Source of the DNA: Myxococcota bacterium | GTDB lineage: Bacteria > Myxococcota_A > UBA9160 > JAFDDA01 | Direction: 5' to 3' | NCBI GenBank assembly: GCA_965228475.1 | Contig: OZ245817.1 | Location: 480,001 to 544,000, forward strand | Length of the DNA stretch: 64,000 nt | Part shown: positions 9,987 to 18,340 of the stretch, piece by piece | How the letters are laid out: the number at the start of each line of letters is the position of its first letter | How positions within the stretch are numbered: position 1 is the first letter of the stretch | Made by a program: the position numbers and the translations under genes | Notes under the pieces: generated by a model | What the model saw: the letters and a program-made list of their open reading frames with translations, nothing else | Told to the model about the DNA's origin: nothing | The model's database searches: none

Positions 9987-10012
9987 AAGGACCGGGCCGA
10001 AGCCCGGTCCTT
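9987..10012 (-). terminator. Hairpin terminator between convergent genes
   Basis: AAGGACCGGGC-CGAA-GCCCGGTCCTT 11-bp stem; the minus strand has a cUUCGg loop and a short U-run. Confidence 0.65.
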
Positions 10013-10021
10013 CGGGTGGGT

Positions 10022-10627
10022 CTAGGGCTGGTAGGGCAGCGACGAATCCTGCAGGAAGATCAGGACGCGATCGTCCGGCGTCTTCACGTAGCCTTTCGTG
10101 TACTCGACCTTGGTCTCGGTGCCGTCCGGGCCGGTGAAGTAGTAGTGACCCATCGCGATGGCGAGGTTGCCCTGCATCTTCACGGTGTGGTTGTCGAAGC
10201 GGACCTTCGACCACGGCCGCAGGGCGAAGCCCTTGTCTTCCGCGTACTTCTCGTTGCCCGCGACGAAGTAGCTCAGCGCGCCTTCCAGGTCGGGGCGGAA
10301 GGGCTGCACCGAAGCCAGCGTCGGCTTGAACTGGATCGGTCCGAGGTCGAACGCGTAGGCGCCGCGAGCCGCCTTCTCGGCGACCTTCGCCGCCTTGCCC
10401 CCGGCCTTGCCGATCGCGACGACGGCATCGCCCCAGGCGGCCTGCGCAGCTTCGACGTCGGCCTGGGTGATCTGCGGACCGTCGGGCAGGAAGCTCACAT
10501 GATCCGAGAACTTGTTGGCATGCGTGTCCGCTTGCGCCGCGGGTGCGGCGAGCAGCGCGGCAGCAAAAAGGGCGGGAACGAGAAGCCGCCGGCGGCGCGC
10601 GGCGACGGTCGTATCGGAAAAAGTCAT
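10022..10627 (-). CDS. Exported COG4337-family (iota-class-related) carbonic anhydrase homologue
   Basis: ATG 10627 after GGAGG; RRRRLL...AAQA signal; FKPTLAS, GALSYF, DKGFALRPW, AMGHYYFT, KVEYT, SSLPY family motifs. Confidence 0.8.
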   Translation of the reverse strand: MTFSDTTVAARRRRLLVPALFAAALLAAPAAQADTHANKFSDHVSFLPDGPQITQADVEAAQAAWGDAVVAIGKAGGKAAKVAEKAARGAYAFDLGPIQFKPTLASVQPFRPDLEGALSYFVAGNEKYAEDKGFALRPWSKVRFDNHTVKMQGNLAIAMGHYYFTGPDGTETKVEYTKGYVKTPDDRVLIFLQDSSLPYQP

Positions 10628-10778
10628 GGCGATGGCCTCCTTGCGAAATCGTGACCCTCGTTTCTTAGGACGTCCCCACACCTCGGGCCATTAGAAAAGA
10701 AGCAAGAAGAACTTCGAAAAAATGGAATAGTAGGGAGCGGGCCGATCGGTGCGTTCGTCGCGGGGCCCGCCGAAGGGC

Positions 10779-12524
10779 CTAGTCGGTCGATCGATCGAGA
10801 AGTTCGTTCAGCTCGAGCACGGCCGGGTGGATCGTCGCCTGGCCCTCGCAGGTCGAGACGAAGTCGCGGTGGAACCATGCCCAGAGCCACTCCCAAAGTG
10901 TGGCGCCGCTGCGCAGGGTGTCCGGTTCGCCTCGTTCGGCACACCCATCCGTCCGGTCTTCGAAGAACGACAGCAGGAACCGCGCGTGGCCGGGCCGGTC
11001 CGTGAGTGCGCGCTTGTACGCGAAATGGGCCAGCCGCGTGAGCCACCGCCGCGCCGAAGGCCAGGCGAGATCCTCCGCGCCGAGTTCGGCCAACCCGTCC
11101 AGGAGTGCGCGGAACGCGAAACCGATGGACTGACTTCGAGAGGGTGTGAAGTAGGCAGCGAAGTCGATCGGGATCACGCCGCTCGGGGATCGGGAACCTT
11201 CACTGAAGTCGAGGGGATCCTCGCTCGCCGCGAAGGCCAGCATCCAGAGCTGTTCCCACTCGAGCAGGTCGTCGAAGCCGGGCGGCGGATCGCCCTCGAA
11301 GAGGTCGAGGAGGTACTGCTCGTAGTACGCCCGCTCCTCGGGCTCGTCGAGGTCGGGGTGTCCGAGGAGGAACCCGTCGGGGGCGGGGCCGTCCTTCAAC
11401 ACGAAGGGGATCAGTCCGAAGTAGACCTCTTCGTCCTCGATCCCGATCGCCTCCATGAAGTTCGCGCGCTGGTCGTAGACCAGGAAGATGCTCTCCACGA
11501 AGTGGTCGATCGTCGTCCGGCGGCGATCGAGGGTCGGTGAGTAGGTGTGGAAGCGGAGCTCGCCGGCGTCGAAGTCGAGCTCGTAGAGCCGGAGCCAGCC
11601 GTCGCCGCCGTTCCGGGCGTCCTGATAGTTGGAGAGGATCTGGACGATCGTCTGGGCCGCGTCGTTCTGCTCGTCGAGGCGCAGCCAGTCCGAGTGGACG
11701 TGCCCCGCGTGCACCATGAGGACGTTCGGGTGCCGGCGAACGAACTCGTGGAAGAACTCCTCGCCCGAGTGCGAGTCGACCACACGGCTCTGGATCCGGA
11801 CCGGAAGCGTGATCGGGCCCAGCAGGGTGTCCACCTCTTCCCCAAAGCGCCCCGCGGCGAGCTTGAAGTCGGCGAGGTAGCGGTGGGTGCCGATGATGAA
11901 GATCGTGTCGGGGTTGGCGGAGACCAGATCCATCGCCCAATCGATCTCGGCTTGGGGGTGATCGAGGCTGAAGTTCAGGAAACCGAGCTTGTAGTGCTCG
12001 TGCTCGATCTGCTGGAAGTTCGCGCCTCCAGCGGGCGAGGACGCCGTGTACCACGGGCGCCCCGCGAAACGCTGGGGGCCGAAGTTGTCGAGGTAGTTGA
12101 AGCGGTAGTCCGGGCCGTGGCTTCGATCGTGGTTGCCCATGACGGTGCCGTGGGGGATGTCGGCTTCGAGGAGGAGCCCCATGGCGTCCTCGGCGAGCGC
12201 CCACTGATCGAGGTCGTCCCCTTTGTGAACGATGTCGCCGAGGTGGGCTACGTAGCCGATGCCGAGGGCGTCGGCCTGCTCGACCAGCCAGCGCGTCTGA
12301 TCGTGGAAGATGGCGCCGGTCCCCCGTGGGTCCGTGATGGCGGGCGTTTCTTCGTGGCCGGGGAACCGGTCGTCCGCGTAGATCTGGGTGTCCGGGAGAG
12401 ACGCAAAGACGAAGGGGGCCGCCTGGGCCGGAAGGGCCAGGAGCAGGGTCAGGGTCGCGCCGAGGTGGAACCCGCGGCGAAGCCTGCGGAGCTTCGGCGA
12501 TTCGTGGCGATTCCGTTCCGGCAT
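10779..12524 (-). CDS. Secreted calcineurin-like metallophosphoesterase
   Basis: Signal peptide ending AQA; PDTQ, HLGDIV, GNHD, TH, AGHVH metal-binding motifs. Confidence 0.85.
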   Translation of the reverse strand: MPERNRHESPKLRRLRRGFHLGATLTLLLALPAQAAPFVFASLPDTQIYADDRFPGHEETPAITDPRGTGAIFHDQTRWLVEQADALGIGYVAHLGDIVHKGDDLDQWALAEDAMGLLLEADIPHGTVMGNHDRSHGPDYRFNYLDNFGPQRFAGRPWYTASSPAGGANFQQIEHEHYKLGFLNFSLDHPQAEIDWAMDLVSANPDTIFIIGTHRYLADFKLAAGRFGEEVDTLLGPITLPVRIQSRVVDSHSGEEFFHEFVRRHPNVLMVHAGHVHSDWLRLDEQNDAAQTIVQILSNYQDARNGGDGWLRLYELDFDAGELRFHTYSPTLDRRRTTIDHFVESIFLVYDQRANFMEAIGIEDEEVYFGLIPFVLKDGPAPDGFLLGHPDLDEPEERAYYEQYLLDLFEGDPPPGFDDLLEWEQLWMLAFAASEDPLDFSEGSRSPSGVIPIDFAAYFTPSRSQSIGFAFRALLDGLAELGAEDLAWPSARRWLTRLAHFAYKRALTDRPGHARFLLSFFEDRTDGCAERGEPDTLRSGATLWEWLWAWFHRDFVSTCEGQATIHPAVLELNELLDRSTD

Positions 12525-12585
12525 CCCTTGGCCTCCTCCAAGACCCCCGGGCGCGAGAAGGGGCTGGATTCGACGGCACTATATC

Positions 12586-12607
12586 ATGCATAATTATACT
12601 ATTACAT
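12586..12607. promoter_or_regulatory. AT-rich imperfect palindrome, likely TetR operator/promoter
   Basis: ATGCATAATTATACTATTACAT (14/22 self-complementary) between the divergent phosphoesterase and TetR genes. Confidence 0.5.
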
Positions 12608-12680
12608 TAGATATTCGGGCCTGCTCCCGGGAAGAGCAGCGCCTAAGCTCCGGCCGCCGCCGGGTCGGCCGAGGTGAGGG

Positions 12681-13937
12681 ATGCAGCTGCGGGAGCGAAA
12701 GAAGCGGGAGACGCGGCAGGCCCTCTACCTCGCCGCGCGGGATCTGTTCGCGGCCCAGGGCTTCTCGGCGACCACGCTCAGCCAGATCGCCGAGACCGCG
12801 GATGTCTCCGTCCCGACCCTCCGCAACTACTTCGGCGACAAGGACGGCTTCCTCGCCCACCAGCTCCGACACGAGATTCGCAAGCAGTTCGAGGACAAGG
12901 GCGGGCTGATGGCCCAGCTCTTCCAGCGCGCCGCCGTCGACGGTTGGGCGGCCCCGGCCCATGCTGCGGCCGTGGCTCTCGAAGTTCTGGCCTCCACGCA
13001 CGCGGAGTCGCGGGACCTGATCGCCAACCACATGCGTGTCGTCGTGAGCCGGACGGACGGTATCAAGCTGCTCGAGAGCTTGACGGTGGCGATTCGCGAC
13101 GGGATCGACATCGGCCGCGGGAAGGGAGCCGTCCGCACCGACGTCCCGGCGGGAAGTCTCGCTCGAATGCTCGCGGCGATGATCCCCGGCGCGCTGATCA
13201 ACTGGGTCCAGACGCCCGGCCTTCCTCCGCGGGCGAGCACGATGGTCGTCCTGGCCATGGTCCGGGACCTGGTCGCGCACTCGCCCGATCAAGCGTCGAC
13301 CGCAGAGAGCGTGCGCGAGTTCGCCGACGAGATCGATGCGCTCGAGCCGCCTCCTGCCGACCCGCGGACGCCTCGAAAAGCGGGGACGCTCCGCTCGCGG
13401 ATCTACGAGGGCGCCCGCCACAGGTTCGTCGAGCAGGGCGTCAAGGCCACTCGCATCTCGGATCTCGCGACGGACCTCTCGGTCAGTCCGCTGACCGTCC
13501 ACTACCACTACGGGACGAAGGAGGGGCTGATCGCCGAACTCCTCCTCGAGGTGGCCGATGCGGCGACCGAGCTCACCGATCGCCTGCTCGCGGGCCGTGC
13601 CGATCCGGTCGCGCGGCGAGCAGCCGCGTTGGAGCGCCTGTCCGACGTCGCCGATACCGACCGCGAACTCGTCGCCGCCTTGCTCTGCGCTTCGTACGGG
13701 CACCCCGCCGGCATGCAGGCCACACGGATGCTGTTCGAATGCATGGTGCGTTGGGTCGAGGAAGGGCAGAGCGCTGGCTCGGTGCGCTCCGACTACTCCG
13801 CACGCGTCCTGGCCAGGATCGCGTTCGATCTGGTGCAAGGGCTCCTGATCCACTGGATCCAGGAACCGGGCCGTCCCCTCGACGAGGCCGCCAACGAGGC
13901 GCTCGACGCGGTGGCCCTCCTCACGGAGCCGCGCTAG
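12681..13937 (+). CDS. Tandem (double) TetR-family transcriptional regulator
   Basis: Two HTH units (LRERKKRETR...QIAETADVSVPTLRNYFGDK and RIYEGA...DLATDLSVSPLTVHYHYGTKEGL), each followed by a TetR_C-like region. Confidence 0.88.
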   Translation: MQLRERKKRETRQALYLAARDLFAAQGFSATTLSQIAETADVSVPTLRNYFGDKDGFLAHQLRHEIRKQFEDKGGLMAQLFQRAAVDGWAAPAHAAAVALEVLASTHAESRDLIANHMRVVVSRTDGIKLLESLTVAIRDGIDIGRGKGAVRTDVPAGSLARMLAAMIPGALINWVQTPGLPPRASTMVVLAMVRDLVAHSPDQASTAESVREFADEIDALEPPPADPRTPRKAGTLRSRIYEGARHRFVEQGVKATRISDLATDLSVSPLTVHYHYGTKEGLIAELLLEVADAATELTDRLLAGRADPVARRAAALERLSDVADTDRELVAALLCASYGHPAGMQATRMLFECMVRWVEEGQSAGSVRSDYSARVLARIAFDLVQGLLIHWIQEPGRPLDEAANEALDAVALLTEPR

Positions 13938-13989
13938 CGGGCGCCGCCGGTGGCGACGCCCGCTTCGGGCCGAGTGCCTGCGCGACGGG

Positions 13990-14760
13990 TCAGCGATGGG
14001 CCGCGCGCCGCGAACCCGTCACCGCCAGCCCGATCATTCCCAATGTGGCGAGAGCGGCCGCGGTGGGTTCCGGCACGCTGGCCGGGACGTGGGCCGCGAT
14101 GCCGCGGCGCTTGTTGGATCCCCAGTTCAGGTCGTCGTCGAGCAGGGTCGAGGTGTCCGCCGAGAGGTCGCGGAGATAGAGGCCCCCGTCGGTCGAGTAG
14201 AGGATCGTTCCGTTGTCGGCGGTGCCGTCGCCCGTGTAGGCGGCAATGCCCGCGTGCTCGCCGCTTCCGGACCAGTTCCGGTCGTCGTCGATGACGGTCG
14301 TGGAGTTCGTCAGGAGATCGATGAGGATGAGGTTTCCGCCGTTGGTGGTCGCGACGATCGTTCCGTCATCGGCCGTGCCATCCCCCGTGTAGGCCGCGAT
14401 GCCGCGGTAGCCGTCGCCGGTCGTCCAGGTGATGTCGTTGTCGAGGGTGATTTCGTCCCCCGTCGAGAGGTCGACCAGGATGAGGTTGTTGTTGCCGATC
14501 GTGATGATCGAACCCGTGTCGGGGGAGCCGTCGCCCGAGTAGCTGGCGATCGAGCGGTACTCGCCGCTTCCGCCCTTCTGCCAATCGAAGTCGTCGTCGA
14601 GAACGGTGTTGGAGTCGGTGCCGATGTCACGGATCACGAGCTCATCGTTTCCGGTGACCGTGATCAGCGTCCCGTCGTCGGCGCCGATGATCACGGCCCG
14701 GGCGGCGCCGGGGAAGCTTGCGAGCAACAGTGCGATCACAGCAAGAAGAATGCGTTTCAT
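13990..14760 (-). CDS. PEP-CTERM surface protein with four ~50-aa repeats
   Basis: Signal MKRILLAVIALLLASFPGAARA; four repeats ending LDDD..W...GIAAY; VPEPT + TM + RR tail. Confidence 0.88.
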   Translation of the reverse strand: MKRILLAVIALLLASFPGAARAVIIGADDGTLITVTGNDELVIRDIGTDSNTVLDDDFDWQKGGSGEYRSIASYSGDGSPDTGSIITIGNNNLILVDLSTGDEITLDNDITWTTGDGYRGIAAYTGDGTADDGTIVATTNGGNLILIDLLTNSTTVIDDDRNWSGSGEHAGIAAYTGDGTADNGTILYSTDGGLYLRDLSADTSTLLDDDLNWGSNKRRGIAAHVPASVPEPTAAALATLGMIGLAVTGSRRAAHR

Positions 14761-14825
14761 GGTGTCGTTCCTTTCAGGGTGGGTTCGTTCCCGCCGTCTG
14801 GAGGGCGCGGTGGTCGTTCGAGAAG

Positions 14826-15734
14826 TCATTGGCTGCGCCGTCGGGCAGCGACCCCGACGAGAAGAGCCACGGAGGTGAGCAGGGCGACCGGCGACGTCTC
14901 CGGAAGGGTCGGGATCAGCGCGGAGCTCGTCGCCGCGACGCTGGTTTCGCCGAGGGTGATCGTCAGATCCTCGATGTCGACGTTCACGCCGTTGCAGAGC
15001 GGAATCGGACACGAGCCGATCTGATAGCGGAAGTCGTCGACCGGGAAGGCCAGGCCCGCGAGGTTCGGGACGGTGAGTTCGCTCCCGTCTTCGCTCCCCG
15101 CGGCGAACGTCCGCGCGAGGGTCATGATCCAGGGGGCGTCGTCGAGGGTGACCGACTCGACGACGCTCGTGTTGAAGTTGCCGAGCGTCCCGCTCAGCGA
15201 GAGGCCGATCCGGGCCTCGACCCCGAGGTCGACCGTGTCGAAGGCGAGCCACGAGTCGGCGCTTTCGTCGCCGAGGTTCGCGAGGAAGTCTTCTTCGAAG
15301 GTCAGGGTCAGCTCTTCGATCGTCACCGCCAGCACCAGGTTGAAGTTGACGCCGCGGACGCTGAAGCCGAGGTTGTCCTGGGTCCCGCCGAGGTTCTCGT
15401 ACGAGATCTCGAAGTCACCCGCCGCGACCTCGAGCTGTTGGTCCCAGACGCCTGGGTCGAGCTGGGTTCGCGGGGTTCCCCAGTCGGCGACGATCGCTCC
15501 GCTGCCCTCACTCGAGAGCGGGACGTCCGTCAGACTTCCACCTCGGGAGGGGTTGCTGACGCCGCTGATCTTGAACGTGAACTGGTAGTCGCCGCTCAAG
15601 GTGGCGTTCAGGGGCGCGTCGACCACCGTGTACGTCACGGGAACGGCATGGGATGGGGCTGCCAGGGCAGAGCCGACGAGGACGGCGGCCAACCCGAGGA
15701 AGTGGCGAGGAGCGGTGCGAGAAAAGAGAGGCAA
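14826..15734 (-). CDS. Secreted beta-rich protein with IPTL/PEP-CTERM-like sorting tail
   Basis: Signal peptide ending SHA; C-terminus IPTLPETSPVALLTSVALLVGVAARRRSQ. Confidence 0.8.
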   Translation of the reverse strand: MPLFSRTAPRHFLGLAAVLVGSALAAPSHAVPVTYTVVDAPLNATLSGDYQFTFKISGVSNPSRGGSLTDVPLSSEGSGAIVADWGTPRTQLDPGVWDQQLEVAAGDFEISYENLGGTQDNLGFSVRGVNFNLVLAVTIEELTLTFEEDFLANLGDESADSWLAFDTVDLGVEARIGLSLSGTLGNFNTSVVESVTLDDAPWIMTLARTFAAGSEDGSELTVPNLAGLAFPVDDFRYQIGSCPIPLCNGVNVDIEDLTITLGETSVAATSSALIPTLPETSPVALLTSVALLVGVAARRRSQ

Positions 15735-15770
15735 GGCGTTCTCCTGCGGAAGGGTTGCGATGGAGCCAAC

Positions 15771-15786
15771 TGCACGCCGTGTGCCA
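15771..15786 (-). promoter_or_regulatory. Sigma54 (-24/-12) promoter for the surface-protein operon
   Basis: Minus strand TGGCACACGGCGTGCA (GG-N10-GC), about 37 nt upstream of the 15734 start. Confidence 0.7.
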
Positions 15787-15814
15787 GTTTCCGGGGATGA
15801 GGAAAGACAAGCGA

Positions 15815-15827
15815 AGTCAAATACTTA
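15815..15827. promoter_or_regulatory. IHF-like binding site
   Basis: AGTCAAATACTTA, one mismatch to WATCAAN4TTR, between the sigma54 site and the upstream palindrome. Confidence 0.45.
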
Positions 15828-15872
15828 GAAAGTCAGCACCGTTCGAGCCGAGCCTAGCTCGTAAAAATAATT

Positions 15873-15906
15873 ACTAAATAAGAGAAAATATTTTCTCTTA
15901 TTTAGT
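15873..15906. repeat. Perfect 34-bp AT-rich palindrome
   Basis: ACTAAATAAGAGAAAAT|ATTTTCTCTTATTTAGT; 17-bp arms, no spacer. Confidence 0.95.
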
Positions 15907-16025
15907 CGAGTGTTCACAGCTCGAGGTTGGCTCCGGCCGCCTGCCGGGCCGCCCGGTCGACGGCCGACGTGCGACCCTCGTCGACAGTGGGCGTCGCTTC
16001 GAGCAGGTCTGCATCCGTACCGGCG

Positions 16026-17813
16026 ATGGTGCTCGCGGTTCTCGTGGTCGTCCCGCTCGTGCTGTGGGCGGTGCTGGCTGGCGACGCCTTGGGTCCGCAC
16101 TCCGTGCCGCTCTCAGGGGCTCGCCGCCCCAACGTCATCCTGATCCTCGTCGATACCCTGCGCGCGGACCATCTCGGCATGTACGGGTACGAACGCGACA
16201 CCTCGCCGTTCCTCGATGCCTGGGCCACCGGCGCCGTCGTCTTCGATCAGGCCTATGCGCCGTCCTCCTGGACCCGGCCGAGTACGGTTTCGCTGCTCAC
16301 CGGGCTCGACCCGATCCATCACCGGGTCGAGGATCGGCTCGACGTGATTCCACCGAGCCTGCCCCTGCTCGGCGAGCGGTTGCAGGTGGAGGGCTACGCG
16401 ACCTTCGCCGCCATCACGAACCCGCACGTGTCTTCGGCCTGGGCCTTCGATCGGGGCTTCGACGTGTTCGACGATCTGGAGGCGCTCGGCCTGGGCACTG
16501 GAGCCGACGCCGTCGTCGACCACGTCGTCGCGCGGATCGATGCGCTGGCCGAGAGCGAGCCCTTCTTCCTCTACCTGCACCTGATCGATCCGCACACGCC
16601 CTTCGATCCGCCGCCCCCCTTCGATGCGCGCTTTCCCGCCGATCCGGAGGACGTCGGCGACTACGCGATCGCGGGCTACGACGGGGAGATCGCCTTCGTC
16701 GATTCACAGCTTCGGCGCCTGTTCGAGGCTCTTCGCGCGCGCGGGCTCGAGGACGGGACGATGGCGATCGTCACCTCCGACCACGGAGAGGAACTCCTCG
16801 AACGCGGGGGCATCGGCCACGGCGTCAACCTCTTCGAAGAGGTGCTGCGGGTTCCCCTGATCGTTCGTTTCCCCGACGGCGCGCACGCGGGTGCGCGCGT
16901 GGCGGAACGCGTCTCGCTGATCGACGTGGTGCCGACGATCCTCTCCGCCCTGCGCGACGTTCCAGCCGCGGGACTCGACGGCAGGGATCTGACGACGCTG
17001 CTCGGTGTCCGCGAGCGCCCGTGGGCCGCGCGCGAGCTGTTTCTCTCCCTGCGCACCACGGGACCCGACAGCCACCTGATGCGGGGTCTGCTCGCCGGAC
17101 CGCACAAGTACCTGCGACGCTCCCGGCCGAGCGCGAGCGAAGCGCTCTTCGACCTCGAGCAGGATCCTTCGGAGATCGAGAATCTCGCGCGGGCGCGGGC
17201 CGGCACCCGCGAGCGCATGGCGGCGAGCCTCGATGCGTACCTCGGCCGGAGATCGAGCGGCATCCATCTCCGCATCGTGAGCGAGCCGGACGCGGACGCC
17301 GCCGGCTGCGAGGCGCACCTGGAAACGGAGGGGCGGTTCTCGGACGTCGCGGCGGTTCGTCTCGAGCCGGGCGACGGCTTCGAGCTGACGAACGACGGGC
17401 GAGCGCTTCGCCTCGCCTGCCGGCTCGAGAACCAGGTCCAGCCGACGAATGCGGGCAGCCGTCTGCTCCCGGACGAGGACGGCCTCTCGTTCCGGGTGCA
17501 CCCGCCGGACGCGCCGATCGTGCTGAAGCGCGTCGGGCTCACGGGGGGCGGAACGCTTCCGCTCCGCTCCGCGTCAGGTCCGAAGATCGAGGACTTCCCC
17601 GCCGCGTGGACCGCCACGGCGGAACCCTGGGCCGTTCGCGACATGGGCGAGGCGATGAGCGCCGCCGGTCCGGTGCGGGAAGGCGAAGGCGCCCGTGCCT
17701 ACCTGGGCGTGATCCCCGCTCCCGAACGGCACGAGGGCCTCTCCGCGGAGCTCCGCTCCCGGCTCGAAGCGCTCGGCTACACGACGGAGTCGGAGCCGCT
17801 TCGTTCGGACTGA
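16026..17813 (+). CDS. Membrane-anchored sulfatase-like hydrolase (alkaline phosphatase superfamily)
   Basis: N-terminal TM; PNVILILVDTLRADH, WTRPSTVSLLTG, PH, TSDHGE, LEALGY tail. Start uncertain. Confidence 0.88.
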   Translation: MVLAVLVVVPLVLWAVLAGDALGPHSVPLSGARRPNVILILVDTLRADHLGMYGYERDTSPFLDAWATGAVVFDQAYAPSSWTRPSTVSLLTGLDPIHHRVEDRLDVIPPSLPLLGERLQVEGYATFAAITNPHVSSAWAFDRGFDVFDDLEALGLGTGADAVVDHVVARIDALAESEPFFLYLHLIDPHTPFDPPPPFDARFPADPEDVGDYAIAGYDGEIAFVDSQLRRLFEALRARGLEDGTMAIVTSDHGEELLERGGIGHGVNLFEEVLRVPLIVRFPDGAHAGARVAERVSLIDVVPTILSALRDVPAAGLDGRDLTTLLGVRERPWAARELFLSLRTTGPDSHLMRGLLAGPHKYLRRSRPSASEALFDLEQDPSEIENLARARAGTRERMAASLDAYLGRRSSGIHLRIVSEPDADAAGCEAHLETEGRFSDVAAVRLEPGDGFELTNDGRALRLACRLENQVQPTNAGSRLLPDEDGLSFRVHPPDAPIVLKRVGLTGGGTLPLRSASGPKIEDFPAAWTATAEPWAVRDMGEAMSAAGPVREGEGARAYLGVIPAPERHEGLSAELRSRLEALGYTTESEPLRSD

Positions 17814-17838
17814 ACCGGCTGCCGGCCGGCCCGCCGCC

Positions 17839-18111
17839 CTACTTGCGGGTCGGAGGCTGGAGCTGCTTGCCGGCTTCCGGGGCCATCTCGGCCGCCTTCT
17901 TCTTGACCGGCGCGAGCTCCGGCGTCGCCTGCTTGATCTTCATGGCGTCCTTCGAGAGGTCCGGTTGGACCTTCTGGACGGCATCCTGCGTGACCGCCTT
18001 CACGGCACGGGCGGCCTCGGGCTCCACCACGGCATCTTCGGCCGAGGCGAGGCCCGGGCCGATCAGGAAACAGGCAGAGAACAGGGCAACGGTGCGAGAC
18101 AGTCGGGTCAT
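17839..18111 (-). CDS. Small secreted hypothetical protein
   Basis: RBS AAGGAG; signal peptide ending ASA; Lys/Ala/Pro-rich mature part. Confidence 0.7.
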   Translation of the reverse strand: MTRLSRTVALFSACFLIGPGLASAEDAVVEPEAARAVKAVTQDAVQKVQPDLSKDAMKIKQATPELAPVKKKAAEMAPEAGKQLQPPTRK

Positions 18112-18340
18112 GGTCGGCGTTCTCCTTCGCGGCGGTTCGGCAGCGCGAAAGGGTTGAAATCGTTCGGAAAACTATCACAGTGCTCCATCCACGGGATGGG
18201 CCTGTTCGAGTCGGACGCCGGGGACCGCGAAAGAATTCGCCGCCTCGCCGGGAAGAAGCCCGCGCCTCGAACCCGAGATTCTCGTTGATGAAACCCCGCA
18301 CCGGCCCTTAAGGTGGCCCGGCTCCAGGAGGAATCGGAAC

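Noticed and set aside
12580..12612. dif (XerCD) site
   Set aside because: The left arm vaguely resembles XerC (GCATAA), but there is no TTATGTTAAAT-like XerD arm; a TetR operator fits better.
14826..14920. Gram-positive sortase LPxTG substrate
   Set aside because: The motif is LPETS, and the organism is a diderm (outer-membrane factor, PEP-CTERM) with no sortase in view.
6860..18111. Genomic island integrated at tRNA-Arg(TCT)
   Set aside because: No integrase or transposase, and no convincing duplicate of the tRNA 3' end was found; only a 9-bp GTTCGAGCC match at 15841.
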